Positions 18,747 through 28,490 of a stretch of 64,000 bases of DNA are shown here, piece after piece. A program made the translations under genes and the position numbers. The notes below the pieces were generated by a model. That model did no database searches and was not told the origin of the DNA. It was given only the letters and a program-made list of their open reading frames with translations. Each line of letters opens with the position of its first letter. The first letter of the stretch is position 1. The DNA comes from a phage: the sequence record OZ346167.1, one strand, 5' to 3'.

Positions 18747-19793
18747 ATGGAGAAGTACACATTAACAAAACTTCCCGATTCAGTTACACATGTCTTTATT
18801 GACTCTGACAGTATTGCCTATAAAGGTGCTTGTGTAGTTGAGAAAGCAAAGTATAAATATGTCAATAAACTCACAGCAGAAGAGTCTGAGCCATTTGATA
18901 ATGCGAAAGATGCCGCAAGATGGTTAGCAGACCAGAGAATCTTTGTGGAAGAGCTTGGTCTGACATTTGATGAAGATGAATGGGAAAGACAGACTTGGAA
19001 AGAAGCTAAGAGTGAAAAAGAAGCTATCATGGCTACTCAACAGGTTCTTCAGGAATGGCTTAAGTTTGTTGGTAAAGATAGAACTTGGGTGGGTTATTTA
19101 ACAGAGAAAGGTGTGCATAAACATAAAGACATTAAAGGTCTTGAGCACCAATATCAAGGTAACCGCAAAGATGCTGTCACACCAACACACTTAGTTGCTT
19201 GTCGTGAATATCTTTTATCCAGACCAGAGTTCAAACTCTTAAGGGGTGGCTTCGAAGCCGATTCAATCGTAATTGCTAAAGCTGAAAAGATGGGTAAGAA
19301 AGCTGCTCTTATGAGTATTGACAAAGACCTTCGACAAGCTGAAGGTACTTACTGCATTGATATGACCTATGAAAAATCACCTTTAATTTTTATTGCTGAT
19401 AACAACGTTGGTGAAATTTGGGATTGCCCAATAAAATCAACACCGAAAGCTAAGAAGACAGTTGGGGTAGGTTTTAAATTTCTTTGTTATCAAGCTGTGG
19501 CTGGTGATAATGCAGATAACTATTTTGGTTTAAAGGGCGTTGGTAAGGTTGCTGTAATGAAAGCCCTTGAAGGTAAAACTACTTACAAAGAGTGTCTTGA
19601 TGCAATCTATGAACTTTATGCTAAGAAAGAGTCCTACACTTATGTCTCGTGGGATGGTCAAACAATTACCAGAACACCTTTAGAACTAATGCAGCAACAC
19701 TTCTTCTTAGCTTATCAGGAAAGAAATAAGAAAGACGATTTTACTTTTGATAAGTATGGGTGGACACCAAATGTTAACTCAACAAACTCTTAA
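18747..19793 (+). CDS. 5'-3' exonuclease / flap endonuclease (FEN family)
   Basis: acidic nuclease motifs VFIDSDS and H3TH-like LKGVGKVAVMKALEG. Confidence 0.65.
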   Translation: MEKYTLTKLPDSVTHVFIDSDSIAYKGACVVEKAKYKYVNKLTAEESEPFDNAKDAARWLADQRIFVEELGLTFDEDEWERQTWKEAKSEKEAIMATQQVLQEWLKFVGKDRTWVGYLTEKGVHKHKDIKGLEHQYQGNRKDAVTPTHLVACREYLLSRPEFKLLRGGFEADSIVIAKAEKMGKKAALMSIDKDLRQAEGTYCIDMTYEKSPLIFIADNNVGEIWDCPIKSTPKAKKTVGVGFKFLCYQAVAGDNADNYFGLKGVGKVAVMKALEGKTTYKECLDAIYELYAKKESYTYVSWDGQTITRTPLELMQQHFFLAYQERNKKDDFTFDKYGWTPNVNSTNS

Positions 19794-20262
19794 AGAGTAC
19801 CTACATTATGACCCCGAAACAGGGGTCTTTACTTGGATTAAGAAATCTGCTAGACACACAAAAATTGGCTCTGTTGCAGGTACAAACTTAAGAGGGTATA
19901 CCAGAATTTATTTGTTTGGTAAGGGCTATTATGCACATACCCTAGCCGTTCTGTATATGGATGGATACCTACCTGAGTGTGTTGACCATAAAAATCATGT
20001 AACACTAGACAATCGCTGGGTAAATCTTAGGGCATGTACGTTATCAGAGAACCAATGTAATAGGTTGCTCAATAAGAACAATAAATCAGGTGTTAAAGGT
20101 GTGTACTACAAAAAACAGTATGGTAAGTGGTCTACACAGATAACTTTTAAGAAAAGGGTCTACTTCTTCGGCAACTATGACACTATTGATGAAGCAGCAG
20201 AGGTTGTAAATAGGGAACGTCAACGTTTACACAAAGAGTTTGCTAATAAAGGTGATGAATGA
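19771..20262 (+). CDS. HNH homing endonuclease with AP2-like domain (paralog of 9373..9939)
   Basis: LHYDPETGVFTW..VDHKNH..N..GVKGVYY..GKW. Confidence 0.75.
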   Translation: MLTQQTLKEYLHYDPETGVFTWIKKSARHTKIGSVAGTNLRGYTRIYLFGKGYYAHTLAVLYMDGYLPECVDHKNHVTLDNRWVNLRACTLSENQCNRLLNKNNKSGVKGVYYKKQYGKWSTQITFKKRVYFFGNYDTIDEAAEVVNRERQRLHKEFANKGDE

Positions 20263-20759
20263 GAAAAATAAAAGGTTTTGGCAATTGCCCTGAATATGGA
20301 CATTGGGTTTCACTATGTGGTGAAGTTGACCCAGCAAAGCACTTTGGTTTTGTCTACCTAGTGTACTGCAAAAAGACTGGACAGTACTATTTGGGTAAGA
20401 AACAGCTTAACAGTGTGACCAAAAGAAAAGTTGCTGGGAAGACTCGGAAGAAGATAGTCACTAAGGAAAGTGATTGGATGACTTATGAGACTTCTTCTGA
20501 GTATATTAAAAAAGATATTGAGAGTTTTGGAAAAGAATTTTTTGACTTTTACATTATTCAGACCTACTACACAAAAGGTGGCCTAGTCTATGGTGAAGCA
20601 AACCTTCAACATAAATTCGATGTAATGACAAAAAGGATTGACTCTAAGCTCAGACTCTTCTACAATGCCAATATTGCAGCAATTAAGTTTATCACTAAAG
20701 AAACTTATGAAGATGCTGAAAAAAGAATCCATAAGGTAATGAAAGCAAATTATGCTTGA
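20259..20759 (+). CDS. GIY-YIG family endonuclease (seg-like)
   Basis: FVYLVYCKKTGQYYLGK matches GIY...YIG spacing; ATGA overlap with upstream stop. Confidence 0.65.
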   Translation: MRKIKGFGNCPEYGHWVSLCGEVDPAKHFGFVYLVYCKKTGQYYLGKKQLNSVTKRKVAGKTRKKIVTKESDWMTYETSSEYIKKDIESFGKEFFDFYIIQTYYTKGGLVYGEANLQHKFDVMTKRIDSKLRLFYNANIAAIKFITKETYEDAEKRIHKVMKANYA

Positions 20760-20780
20760 TAACTATTGAGAGAGAATAAA

Positions 20781-21029
20781 ATGTTTAACAAAAGTAAAGC
20801 TGTGAGTCATGTAGCAAAAGTTGACAGCAAGATTGAAGAACTTGAGCGCATCCTTGCAAATGCTAGAGAGTCAATAATTAAAGAAGTTGAAGCTGTTGAG
20901 TCTCAAATGCAGCACCTAATGCTTAAACGTCAAGAGCTACGTGAACATCTAGAATATATTGAAACACGAGAGCTAAAGGTTAACAAATATTTTAAGGAGT
21001 CCGAATGTTTAACTCAAGAGAATCAGTAA
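20781..21029 (+). CDS. Hypothetical coiled-coil protein
   Basis: ATG preceded by GAGAGAGA Shine-Dalgarno-like sequence. Confidence 0.5.
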   Translation: MFNKSKAVSHVAKVDSKIEELERILANARESIIKEVEAVESQMQHLMLKRQELREHLEYIETRELKVNKYFKESECLTQENQ

Positions 21030-21760
21030 AAAACTGGAACCTTCGTTGTGGAAACACTCAAAAGCAACCTTACAGTGATGAGTATTGGGAATCTTTAAAA
21101 TCTCAATCTCTGTGTATGCTTGAAGAAGCAAAAGAGCTTGTAAAAGCAATTGAAGAGAAAGACCCCATTGAGACACTGGATGCTCAGGCAGATTTGCAAT
21201 ATGTTCTTGACGGCTTGATTTATCTGTCACAACATGACCATAACGGTGCTATGAAAGCTGTTTGCCGTAATAATGACCTGAAGTACACAGATGACTATGA
21301 AGAAGCTTTAAAACGTCTTGCAGACATTGAAAAGCGTACTGGTCAAGAGTGTATTATCAGAATGTCAGTAGTTGATGGTAAAGAGTGGTATGCGATTGTT
21401 CGTGCAGCCGATGGGAAGATTATGAAGCAATCAAATCTCCCTAAAGTACAGCTTGGTGAATACATTGTAGAACTTGAAAGCCAAGAACTTTTTGTGGTAG
21501 TATCTGAGACATGCGTTATCTGCAAAGGTATTGTAGGTAGCTTAAAGGATTTGGGTGTAGATGGTTTTGTAGAAGTTAATCCAATTACCTCTAAAGCAGA
21601 TAAAGACTTCTGTAAAGAGAATGGACTATGGATTGCAGATATTGTCTATTATGATGGTGAGCAGTTCCATGTAACCTCATACCCGAAACTGAATTATGAT
21701 GCTAATAACCTGAAGTGCTGGTTAAAAGGGGTTGGTTATAATGGATTCACAGAACATTAA
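21005..21760 (+). CDS. Hypothetical protein, N-terminal MazG-like NTP pyrophosphohydrolase fold possible
   Basis: EE..E..E/D acidic helices (LEEAKELVKAIEE, ETLDAQADL). Confidence 0.4.
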   Translation: MFNSRESVKNWNLRCGNTQKQPYSDEYWESLKSQSLCMLEEAKELVKAIEEKDPIETLDAQADLQYVLDGLIYLSQHDHNGAMKAVCRNNDLKYTDDYEEALKRLADIEKRTGQECIIRMSVVDGKEWYAIVRAADGKIMKQSNLPKVQLGEYIVELESQELFVVVSETCVICKGIVGSLKDLGVDGFVEVNPITSKADKDFCKENGLWIADIVYYDGEQFHVTSYPKLNYDANNLKCWLKGVGYNGFTEH

Positions 21761-22064
21761 TAAAGAGGGTGTGGCTCAGAAGAGCCACTTCTCAAACTAC
21801 AACATTTCTATGACGGTGTTTATGAATGACCCGTTACTTGAAAAGTATGGTGAGACTCCAGATACACTTCTGGATAATGAACAAGTTTTAAAAGCAGTCC
21901 TGTACAAATATGGGATTGATATTGAGAAAGAGTATTCCTTTGAAATCTGCCAACACAGGAACACTTTCGGTAAAGTTGTGATGGCTCCACTCTTTATGGG
22001 TGTAGAAAGGACTGACTATGGTTGGTTGTATCTAAAAAGAAACTTGGAGAAATACCGTGTCTAA
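21732..22064 (+). CDS. Hypothetical protein
   Basis: 110-aa ORF. Confidence 0.5.
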   Translation: MVIMDSQNINKEGVAQKSHFSNYNISMTVFMNDPLLEKYGETPDTLLDNEQVLKAVLYKYGIDIEKEYSFEICQHRNTFGKVVMAPLFMGVERTDYGWLYLKRNLEKYRV

Positions 22065-22392
22065 AGCAAAAAAGCTATCTTATGATGACATCATCTCAGG
22101 TGCTAAGTTAGGTGTTGACAGTATCGGACAAGATATCAAGCACGGAGACACAGTTATGTACTGTGATGACCGAAGAGGCAGAAGTGCAATCTTGTTTGGA
22201 AGAATTGTTTGCAAGATGAGAGGTAATTACGTTGTTGCAGACATGGATGTGAACGTTACACAAAAACTTGAAACGATTATGGGTGATAATACACCGTCAT
22301 GGCTCCTGAATTGTATGCACACTTCTTCAGTCACAAAAGTAAGTGATAAGTTTTACGATATGTGGCAGAATGAGCAAATTTTCAAGATTTAA
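22057..22392 (+). CDS. Hypothetical protein
   Basis: 111-aa ORF. Confidence 0.5.
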   Translation: MSKAKKLSYDDIISGAKLGVDSIGQDIKHGDTVMYCDDRRGRSAILFGRIVCKMRGNYVVADMDVNVTQKLETIMGDNTPSWLLNCMHTSSVTKVSDKFYDMWQNEQIFKI

Positions 22393-22397
22393 ACTAT

Positions 22398-22420
22398 GGA
22401 GCCTCTTCGGAGGCTCTTTT
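22398..22420 (+). terminator. Rho-independent terminator
   Basis: GGAGCCTCTTCGGAGGCTC + TTTT. Confidence 0.6.
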
Positions 22421-22438
22421 CATCTGTAGGATTCAAAA

Positions 22439-24673
22439 ATGATTAAGACAATTAAAAAATCAAACGGTACAGTAGTAAGCTTTGACCCAGAAAGACTGAA
22501 CAAGTGGGCATCATGGGCAGATAAGCGTGGAATTATCTGGTCAGAAGTCACTATGGAAGCCATGAAACGTGTCTATGAAGGATGCACTACAAAAGAGATG
22601 CACCAAGCCATGATTGATGTTTGTGTTGATAAACAAACTCAAGAGTACTCAGACATGGCTGGACGGCTACTTTTGGGTATTATCTACAAAGAAGCCTTTG
22701 GAGGCTTTACTAAGGTTCCTACACTGATTACCTTCGTTAAAAATATGGAGAGAGCAGGACTTTGGGAGAAGATGGACTATTCACAGGAAGAGCTTGAATA
22801 CCTGCAAGGTTACATCGTACACTCAAAAGATATCTCTTACGGTTATGCAGTCTTGAAACAGTTCAGAGACAAGTACGGTATCCGTGATATTAAAACTGGA
22901 AGACTTTTTGAGTCACCACAGTTTATGTTTATGGGTATGGCTATGAAAGCCTTTGAGAAGCAACCAAAGCACCGTAGACTGCAAGATGTTATCAAGCTGT
23001 ACACTTACCTGTCTGACCTGAAGATTAATGCTCCTACACCTTATTTAAACGGTTTAAGAGCCACCAAGTCAGGCTATGCGTCATGCTGTTTGATTAAGGC
23101 AAATGATACTGCTGAATCACTTGGTATTGCTGCAAAGGTTGCTTATGATATGACTACAAAGCAAGCTGGTATTGGGATGCTGATGGAGACTCGCACTATT
23201 GGTGATGGTATCCGTCAAAACACGATTGAACACATGGGTAAGCTACCTTATTACAAGCTTGTACGTTCATCTGTAGAGGCAAACAAACAGAAGAGTCGTG
23301 GTGGTTCAGCTAATAACTTCTACACTGCTCTAGACCCGCAGATTGAAGATTTACTGCGTTTGAAGCACCCTACAACGGTTCCTTCGAAACGTATTAATGA
23401 GATGGACTACTCATTTGGTACAAATGATTATTTCTGGCAGTGTGTTCAATATGATACAGACTGGTTGCTATTCTCTTACAAGGATGCGCCAAAACTCTAT
23501 GACATGTTTTACACAGCATCTGCTGATGAGTTTGCTATGGCAGTTGGTCATGCAGTGCATTCAGGTGTTAAGCACAGACGGGTGAAGGCTCGTGAAATTG
23601 CTAAACTATTTATCCAGCAGCGTTATGCAACAGGACGTGTGTATCCATTCTTCACTAACAATGCGAACACACATACACCATTTAAAGAACCATTGAAGAT
23701 GTCAAATCTTTGTATGGAAATTGTGTTGCCAGTGTATGGTTTTGAGAAAGAGACAGACCTTTACAGAGACGATGCTGTGAAAGAGGATGGTGAGGTGGCT
23801 CTTTGCTTCCTAGCTAGTTTGGTTGCAGGGAGAATTTCAGAAGATGAATACGCTGACGTTGCTTATTATGCTCTTGCAATGGTTGACTCCGTTATTGACC
23901 TTATGGATTATCCGTATCCGTCGATGCGTAACCATGTTCAGAAGCGTCGTTCTGTTGGGATTGGCCTTACAAATGTGGCTCATTACCTTGCGAAGAACTA
24001 CGTGAACTACTCTTCACGAGCAGGTAAAACGAAACTTCATGAACTGGCAGAGATGCACTCTTACTATCTGCATGAAGCCTCTCTGAGACTTGCTAAAGAG
24101 CGTGGCGTTCCAGAGTATATGCAGTTCACTAAGTATCCTGAAGGGTGGGTTCCTCCAAAGACAGCTAACAAGAAGATTGATGAGAAGCATGATGCAAAAC
24201 TAAGATATGATTGGGATGACTTAGCACAACGTATCAAAGAAAATGGTGGAATCCGTAACTCTGTATTAGAAGCTTACATGCCTAACGAGAGTTCTTCACT
24301 AGCGACTAATACAACAAATGGCTTGTACCCAATTCGTGACTTTATTTTAACTAAAAAGTCTGCAACTGGTAACGTACTGTTTATTGTTCCAGATTATGAA
24401 GAGTTGAAGTATGTCTATGAAATTGCTTGGGATATTGACACCTTTGATATGATTGATTGTTATGCAATTGTTCAAAAGTTCACTGGTCAAGCTATCTCTT
24501 CAGATTTCTATGTTGACTATGCAAAGTCTAAGAAGGTATCATTGGCTCAAGCTTTGAAGTACATGATTTATGCCAACTCGGTAGGTATGAAAACCATGTA
24601 CTACCTTAACAGTCGCATTGGTGTAGGTAAATCTGCACTGCAAGATGCTTATTGCGAGGGTTGTGGTGTTTAG
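22439..24673 (+). CDS. nrdA: Ribonucleotide reductase class Ia large subunit
   Basis: 744 aa; N-terminal ATP-cone, active-site NLCMEI, C-terminal Cys pair. Confidence 0.9.
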   Translation: MIKTIKKSNGTVVSFDPERLNKWASWADKRGIIWSEVTMEAMKRVYEGCTTKEMHQAMIDVCVDKQTQEYSDMAGRLLLGIIYKEAFGGFTKVPTLITFVKNMERAGLWEKMDYSQEELEYLQGYIVHSKDISYGYAVLKQFRDKYGIRDIKTGRLFESPQFMFMGMAMKAFEKQPKHRRLQDVIKLYTYLSDLKINAPTPYLNGLRATKSGYASCCLIKANDTAESLGIAAKVAYDMTTKQAGIGMLMETRTIGDGIRQNTIEHMGKLPYYKLVRSSVEANKQKSRGGSANNFYTALDPQIEDLLRLKHPTTVPSKRINEMDYSFGTNDYFWQCVQYDTDWLLFSYKDAPKLYDMFYTASADEFAMAVGHAVHSGVKHRRVKAREIAKLFIQQRYATGRVYPFFTNNANTHTPFKEPLKMSNLCMEIVLPVYGFEKETDLYRDDAVKEDGEVALCFLASLVAGRISEDEYADVAYYALAMVDSVIDLMDYPYPSMRNHVQKRRSVGIGLTNVAHYLAKNYVNYSSRAGKTKLHELAEMHSYYLHEASLRLAKERGVPEYMQFTKYPEGWVPPKTANKKIDEKHDAKLRYDWDDLAQRIKENGGIRNSVLEAYMPNESSSLATNTTNGLYPIRDFILTKKSATGNVLFIVPDYEELKYVYEIAWDIDTFDMIDCYAIVQKFTGQAISSDFYVDYAKSKKVSLAQALKYMIYANSVGMKTMYYLNSRIGVGKSALQDAYCEGCGV

Positions 24674-24728
24674 TTTTAACAACTATGAGGGTCGTAAAAG
24701 ACCCTCTAAAAATAACTTTGGAGAGACC

Positions 24729-24986
24729 ATGAAAGACTTAATAGAAAAACATGAGCGGCCTATATACTTGCTCCACAAGCCTCGGAAAACGATGTACTAT
24801 GTGAGTAGCACAGATATGATGATAAAACAAAATGATGACTCATGGGTTGCTGGTATCTCTTACATCTCTACAGCAGATGGTAAAATCTACGCAAGACCTT
24901 ATGAGATGTTTAACAAAGAAAACTGGGAAGTTTTAGACAGAAAACAAGCCCGAGAAATGATAAAGAAAGGAGAAATCACGCTATGA
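24729..24986 (+). CDS. Hypothetical small protein
   Basis: ATG with GGAGAG RBS between nrdA and nrdB. Confidence 0.45.
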   Translation: MKDLIEKHERPIYLLHKPRKTMYYVSSTDMMIKQNDDSWVAGISYISTADGKIYARPYEMFNKENWEVLDRKQAREMIKKGEITL

Positions 24987-26056
24987 TTAACCAGCACCCA
25001 ATCTTTTTAGGTGGTGAGAGAAAAACTTTTGACTCACTTAATAAACACTACCCAAAAATCTTTGAACTTTATAAACAACAAAAAGCACAAGACTGGTCAG
25101 AAGATGAGTTCCCTTTTGAACAATCACGTCTTGATTTTGAGAGTGTCCCAGCATCAATGTCAGGTGTAATGCTTGAGATTCTTAAGTGGCAATGGGAAGC
25201 AGACACTCAAGTTGCTAAGAGCTTGGCATTTGCCTTTGCACCTTTTATCTCTGATGACATCTATGCAACTGCAATTATGAAGCAGTCTGAGATTGAAAAC
25301 CTACATGCTCTTACTTACTCAGAGATTGTAAGGCAATGTATTAAAAACCCTGAAACAATCTTAGATGAGATTAACCAGAATGTTGCTGTGCAAGACCGAT
25401 TAAAAACTGTGAATCGTGTTCTTGAAGAATTACTGGATGAAGGTATAAACTATCGTCTGAGTTATGTTCGTGATTCACTTCTGGACAAAGACCCTTTACA
25501 CTTCCATAAAGTGATTCTGAAAGGGCTGTTTGCAGTGACTGCACTTGAAGGTATATCTTTTATGGCATCATTTGCATGTACTTTTGCACTTGATGCTCAA
25601 GATAAATTTCAGGGTATTGCTCAAGCGGTACAGAAAATTATGCTTGACGAAATCCTTCACACTAAAATTGATATTGAAGTTTTAAAAGAAACTTTAAGAG
25701 ATGATGAGTGGCAGAAAGCTTTTCAACAAATTCTTCCAGAGATTAAAGTAATCTTAGATGAAGTAGTTGAAAGTGAAGAGAAATGGTCGTATTATATCTT
25801 CTCCGAAGGACGTGCTGTAGTTGGCCTAAATACAAAGCTTCTTCATGAGTGGGTTTACTATAATGCTGCCCCATTGTATGATATGTTTGGCATTCCCAGA
25901 GATTTTGTAGCTCCTAAAGAACCACCTTTGAAGTATATGATTAAGAAGATGGAAATTGATAAAGAGCAGAATGCTAATCAGGAGCAACAGAACGGTGCGT
26001 ACCTATTGAATACTGTTGTAGATGATTTGAATAGTGGATTTTTAGAGGTTCCTTAA
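24983..26056 (+). CDS. nrdB: Ribonucleotide reductase class Ia small subunit
   Basis: 357-aa ORF immediately after nrdA. Confidence 0.85.
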   Translation: MINQHPIFLGGERKTFDSLNKHYPKIFELYKQQKAQDWSEDEFPFEQSRLDFESVPASMSGVMLEILKWQWEADTQVAKSLAFAFAPFISDDIYATAIMKQSEIENLHALTYSEIVRQCIKNPETILDEINQNVAVQDRLKTVNRVLEELLDEGINYRLSYVRDSLLDKDPLHFHKVILKGLFAVTALEGISFMASFACTFALDAQDKFQGIAQAVQKIMLDEILHTKIDIEVLKETLRDDEWQKAFQQILPEIKVILDEVVESEEKWSYYIFSEGRAVVGLNTKLLHEWVYYNAAPLYDMFGIPRDFVAPKEPPLKYMIKKMEIDKEQNANQEQQNGAYLLNTVVDDLNSGFLEVP

Positions 26057-26298
26057 TGACTTATGTAATTTACTCCAAAACTGGATGCCCTCAGTGTGAG
26101 ACTGCAAAGAATTTTGCAAAAGCTCGTGGTATTGACCACGTTGTGAGAATGTTAGGGCAGGATTATGAGCTATCAGACCTGATGGATATTGCACAGATGC
26201 CAGTTCGTCAGATGCCATTCATCATGAAAACTGATGGACAAAACCTAAAACCTGTTGGTACGCTACAGAATTTTATGGCAGAGGTGAATAATGCTTAA
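26056..26298 (+). CDS. Glutaredoxin/NrdH-like redoxin
   Basis: 80 aa with CPQC redox motif near N-terminus. Confidence 0.7.
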   Translation: MTYVIYSKTGCPQCETAKNFAKARGIDHVVRMLGQDYELSDLMDIAQMPVRQMPFIMKTDGQNLKPVGTLQNFMAEVNNA

Positions 26299-26497
26299 AC
26301 GCCTTTGGGAAGGTTTGGTTGTTGATGCACCAGCTATTGTGATTGGTATGCTTATTGTTAACCTATTTACTGACTTTGAACAAGGTTCATTGTTTGGAGC
26401 TATGTTACTATGGGTTATCTTTGAAATATTAGAGATACAGTTAGGTATAACTGAAAAACTAAGAGAACTCTTTTCGAAGTTTTCTAAAAAGATTTAA
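26291..26497 (+). CDS. Small membrane protein
   Basis: 68-aa hydrophobic ORF. Confidence 0.45.
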   Translation: MLKRLWEGLVVDAPAIVIGMLIVNLFTDFEQGSLFGAMLLWVIFEILEIQLGITEKLRELFSKFSKKI

Positions 26498-26545
26498 AAT
26501 GAAAGGGTCTCTTCGGAGACCTTTTTAGCATGTAAAGGGGCAATA

Positions 26546-27745
26546 ATGAACAAAGTACAGATTATTAAAAAGAACGGCTCACTTGAAGAACCTGATATCA
26601 AAAAAGTTTTAGCAGCAGTCACAAAGTCAGCTAATAGGGTTGGGTATAAAGAACTCCCACCAGATGTTACCCAAGCTCTTGAGTCAGCATTTATGAGGAT
26701 TCTGGTAAAATCCACTAAGCAGAATAATTTACTCATTTCAGTAAATGATATTCACAGTATTGTTGAGGGTGCTTTGGCAGAAGTCAATCACGAGATTTAT
26801 GAGTCTTACTCAACATATAGAAATTACCGTAAAGAAGTTGCTCAAAATTGGGATGAACTCTACCAGAAGACCAAAGATACACTCTTCTTAGGTGACAGAG
26901 AGAATGCTAACTTTGACAGCAGTTTAATTTCTACAAAAGGTTCAATTATTCGTGGTTATCTGACTAAAGAAATCTTTAAACAGTACCATTTAACACCAGA
27001 GGAACTTGAAGCCATTGAAAAAGGGTTTATCTATATCCATGATTTAAGAGACCTAATTTTTGGTGGTATCAACTGTTGCCTGTTTGACATTGGTAAAGTC
27101 CTGAAAGGCGGCTTTGAAATGTCTGGCATCGAATATTGTGAACCAAAGTCTGTACTGTCGGCCTTACAGGTTATTGGTGACGTAGTTCTTTCAGCAACTG
27201 CACAGCAATTTGGTGGTTTTACTTTAGCAGAGATTGATAAGGTACTTGTACCGTATGCTAAGAAGTCTCTACGCTATCATGCTGAGAAAGCAGCATCTTA
27301 TGGTATTCCTAAAGAACATTACCACAATTATGTCATGGAGCAGCTACAGATTGAACTGACTCAAGGTTTCCAGTCACTTGAAATGAAGCTAAATACTGTA
27401 CCTTGTAGTCGTGGGGATTTTGCATTCACAACTTTGACATTCGGGTTACTTGACTCAGATATGTCCAATGAAGATAACCGACTGCAATATATGATTGCAA
27501 GTACTCTCCTAGATGTTCGTATGAATGGACAAGGTAAGAGCAAGAAGCCTGTTGTATTCCCTAAACTGGTTTATATCTATGACCAGAAGAGACACGATGA
27601 GAATATCTGTCAAGGACACCTGTACAGTAAAGCCATTGAGTGTTGCTCTAAAGCAATGTATCCAGATTTCTTAAGTGTATCTGGTCATGGTGCTGTAGCA
27701 GAAGCTTTTGAGCGTTCTGGCAAGGTAATTTCGCCGATGGGTTAA
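26546..27745 (+). CDS. nrdD: Anaerobic ribonucleotide reductase, 5' exon
   Basis: ATP-cone N-terminus; reading frame broken by intron after ...VISPMG. Confidence 0.85.
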   Translation: MNKVQIIKKNGSLEEPDIKKVLAAVTKSANRVGYKELPPDVTQALESAFMRILVKSTKQNNLLISVNDIHSIVEGALAEVNHEIYESYSTYRNYRKEVAQNWDELYQKTKDTLFLGDRENANFDSSLISTKGSIIRGYLTKEIFKQYHLTPEELEAIEKGFIYIHDLRDLIFGGINCCLFDIGKVLKGGFEMSGIEYCEPKSVLSALQVIGDVVLSATAQQFGGFTLAEIDKVLVPYAKKSLRYHAEKAASYGIPKEHYHNYVMEQLQIELTQGFQSLEMKLNTVPCSRGDFAFTTLTFGLLDSDMSNEDNRLQYMIASTLLDVRMNGQGKSKKPVVFPKLVYIYDQKRHDENICQGHLYSKAIECCSKAMYPDFLSVSGHGAVAEAFERSGKVISPMG

Positions 27746-28490
27746 CAGGCTCTATAGCTCATCTAAAACGTGCCTAAACAGGGAAACTCTACAGGTGTAG
27801 ACAATCCTGTGCTAAATGATGTACGATGTAAGAAACTATACAATATAGGAGTCTTACATGCCAAACTATCACGTCACTGAAGATGGAAAAGTCTTTAGGG
27901 AAAATGGTGTAGAGCTTACGCAGTGGAAATCCAACACTGGGTATATGAAAGTGAGGTTTTACGGTAAGAAGAATCGTGACATGTATGTCCACAGGTTAGT
28001 TGCTGAGAAATATGTACCTAACCCGAATAATCTTCCAATTGTAAAACATAAGGACGATAACAAACTAAATAACCACGCATCTAACTTAGAATGGGGTACT
28101 CATTCTGAGAATGCTAAAGAGGGTTATGAGAACGGATGTTACAAGTTCCACAAGCGTTCATATGCCGTGAAAGCCACACACAAAGTGACAAAGGAAGTTA
28201 TTGTTACTAAGTCAATACGAGAGTTGTCCAATATACTTGGACACAATCGCAAGACCATCTCTTCAATATTGAAGGGTGTAAAAGAGCATAATAACTTCGA
28301 ATATGAGTTTGAATACATCTAAATGCCGAACGACTAACCGTGATGAATGTAGCGGTGTAGGGTCAAGCGACTCGAAATGGTACGCTACTTAGAAATAAGT
28401 AGAAGATATAGTCTGGACTTACTGGCGACAGTAAGCAGCTTGAATAAAGCGGGGTAAGCTTAGCGAACTTACCTGAACAACAAGTGTAGA
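27746..28490 (+). mobile_element. Group I intron in nrdD carrying an HNH homing endonuclease ORF; boundaries approximate
   Basis: CTAAACAGGGAAACTCTACAGGTGTAGACAATCCTGTGCTAAAT resembles my recollection of the T4 td intron core; S-like AGATATAGTC in 3' part. Confidence 0.75.
27858..28322 (+). CDS. Intron-encoded HNH homing endonuclease
   Basis: HRLVAEKYVPNP...HKDDNKLNNHASNLEW HNH core. Confidence 0.75.
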   Translation: MPNYHVTEDGKVFRENGVELTQWKSNTGYMKVRFYGKKNRDMYVHRLVAEKYVPNPNNLPIVKHKDDNKLNNHASNLEWGTHSENAKEGYENGCYKFHKRSYAVKATHKVTKEVIVTKSIRELSNILGHNRKTISSILKGVKEHNNFEYEFEYI

